Below are positions 62,642 through 64,000 of a DNA stretch of 64,000 bases, piece by piece; position 1 is the first letter of the stretch, and each line of letters begins with the position of its first letter. Origin of the DNA: an uncultured beta proteobacterium (GTDB lineage: Bacteria > Pseudomonadota > Gammaproteobacteria > Burkholderiales > SG8-39); assembly GCA_903928055.1 (NCBI GenBank), contig CAIYPG010000056.1, forward strand, positions 3,917-67,916, read 5' to 3'. The notes beneath the pieces were generated by a model. That model saw only the letters and a program-made list of their open reading frames with translations, was not told the origin of the DNA and did not search any database. The position numbers and the translations under genes were made by a program.

Positions 62642-64000
62642 ATGGGTATAGAAGAACAAATCTGCGCGACGCTCTCGCAAGTTCGTTACGAGGACCTTCC
62701 CGAGGCGGCAATTCGCGGCGTCAAGTCGAGCATCCTGGACACCATTGGCGTGATGCTGGTCTCAAGCACCGCTTCTGAGGATTGCATCAAGATGAACGAA
62801 CTAGCCCAGGAGCTGGGTGGCCGCCCGGAAAGCACTGTGATTGGCTTCGGTGACCGGCTGCCAGCACCCATGGCAGCCCTCATCAACGGTGCGTTATGCC
62901 ATCCGCTGGACTACGACGACGTCCATGAAGGCGCTAAAAACCACTCCACAGCACAGACGCTACCTGCGGCCCTGGCAATGGCCCAACGCAAAGGCAAGGT
63001 GAACGGCCGCGACTTGATCACAGCATTGGCTGTAGGCGGAGACTTTTCCTGCCGCATTGCAATGGCGGTCACTGCCGGCCCTACCGAACATGGCTGGCTC
63101 GGTTCGGCCGTATACGGCTCTTTCGGCGCCGCCGCAGCTGCCGGAAAGATCCTTGGCTTTTCCCCTGCGCAAATGAGTAACGCCATCGGGATGGCGTATG
63201 CCCAGACTGGCGGCTCCCGAGAAATGGCCGAAGGCACCTCCTTGCGAGGCGTGAGGGATGGCTTTACTTCCAAAGTTGGGGTGATGTCTGCGCTACTCGC
63301 TGAAAAGGGGCTCACGGGCCCGGGACGCTTCCTGGAAGGTAAGGCGGGCCTTTACAACCTATATTTCCGAGGCAAGTACAACCCAGAGCGGCTCCTTCAT
63401 GAGTTCGGCAAAACCTTCGAGGTGGCTAATGTCAGTTACAAAATCTGGCCGGCTTGCCGTCTGACGCATACCTATGTGGACGCGGCCATCTCCATCATGA
63501 AGGAGCAAAAACTAAGCTACGAAGACGTTAAGGAGGTTCACATTGATGTTAGCCAGTGGGGTAAGGACCTAAGCGAGCCGGCCGAACGACGTCTCATACC
63601 CAAGACTGGAGTGGAAGCCGGCGACAGTATGCAGTTCACTCTAGGTCTGGCCATGGTGCATCAGACGGTTAAGATTGAGCATTTCACCGATACCGCGATT
63701 AAGGACGAGCGCGTCTTGTCTTCAGCTAAGAAAGTGACTCACCATTTCAAGCCGGAACTGCGCGCCGCGGACATGACCCCAGGAGATGTGACCATCAAGA
63801 CCATCCACGGCGGGGAGTTCAGAAAGCGCGTGGAGTTCGCCCCCGGCAGCCCGCAAAATCCGCTGAAAGAAGGCGCGTTGGAGGAGAAATTTCTGGATTG
63901 CCTGACTTACGCAGCCAAGCCCATTAGCAGGCAAAGGGCACAGCAGCTAATAGACAACATCATGAACCTGGAAAAACAGGAAACAGTGGAGAGCATCATT
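62642..64000 (+). CDS. MmgE/PrpD-family protein; 3' end runs off the window
   Basis: Own translation: MGIEEQICATLSQVRYEDLPEAAIRGVKSSILDTIGVMLVSS..HPLDYDDVHE... Open for all 453 codons to position 64000; aagga RBS. Absent from the ORF track because it has no stop codon. Confidence 0.85.
   Translation, partial: MGIEEQICATLSQVRYEDLPEAAIRGVKSSILDTIGVMLVSSTASEDCIKMNELAQELGGRPESTVIGFGDRLPAPMAALINGALCHPLDYDDVHEGAKNHSTAQTLPAALAMAQRKGKVNGRDLITALAVGGDFSCRIAMAVTAGPTEHGWLGSAVYGSFGAAAAAGKILGFSPAQMSNAIGMAYAQTGGSREMAEGTSLRGVRDGFTSKVGVMSALLAEKGLTGPGRFLEGKAGLYNLYFRGKYNPERLLHEFGKTFEVANVSYKIWPACRLTHTYVDAAISIMKEQKLSYEDVKEVHIDVSQWGKDLSEPAERRLIPKTGVEAGDSMQFTLGLAMVHQTVKIEHFTDTAIKDERVLSSAKKVTHHFKPELRAADMTPGDVTIKTIHGGEFRKRVEFAPGSPQNPLKEGALEEKFLDCLTYAAKPISRQRAQQLIDNIMNLEKQETVESII

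Noticed and set aside
46627-64000. TAG stop-codon usage as a second discriminator between the two compositional domains.
   Set aside because: On checking, TAG stops are also frequent in the left block (6939, 16456, 17538, 18734, 20627), so the difference is not supported.
1-64000. tRNA, rRNA, tmRNA or other structured RNA genes.
   Set aside because: No cloverleaf-like or rRNA-like sequence was noticed in any intergenic region. All gaps are short or are accounted for by hairpins and repeats.

Overview
High-GC proteobacterial chromosome segment (about 63-66 % GC by eye), probably Burkholderiales-like. That guess rests on seven Bug/TctC-family periplasmic binding proteins and many family-III CoA-transferases. 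I found no rRNA, tRNA, CRISPR array, IS element, integrase or recognisable transcription-factor gene. The window has three blocks. (A) 1-23.5 kb is a mostly minus-strand acyl-CoA catabolic supercluster plus a porin: crotonases, acyl-CoA dehydrogenases, four family-III CoA-transferase genes (one a tandem fusion), an ADP-forming acyl-CoA synthetase, a DUF35/thiolase pair, an SDR and an MmgE/PrpD protein. It shows several gene lesions: an internally deleted MaoC-type hydratase, an orphan 2Fe-2S domain, and a serine-less alpha/beta hydrolase. (B) 24.1-46.6 kb is a purine uptake and catabolism block. It holds a BMP-type ABC importer, add, a Rieske oxygenase translationally coupled between add and guaD, puuD, xdhCBA, an 8-oxoguanine-deaminase-like amidohydrolase and a CDA-fold deaminase. 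It also holds a second BMP-type ABC operon that carries two isochorismatase-like cysteine hydrolases. The binding-protein gene of that second operon is cut off at about 46.63 kb. (C) 46.7-64 kb is compositionally different: lower GC, and CTAG is common here but almost absent in A and B. It encodes another organic-acid cluster with three MmgE/PrpD paralogues, four TctC proteins, an FAD flavoprotein, a SnoaL-like protein, an HMG-CoA-lyase-like enzyme, a cupin, an ADP-forming synthetase, two crotonases, a VOC protein and an SMP-30 lactonase. The best candidates for undescribed biology are the hydrolase-loaded ABC operon and the Rieske oxygenase inside the purine block, the fused CoA-transferase with Glu at both nucleophile positions, the MmgE/PrpD-rich cluster, and the abrupt junction at 46.63 kb. 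All functional calls come from reading the translations and recalling family motifs; no database search was possible.
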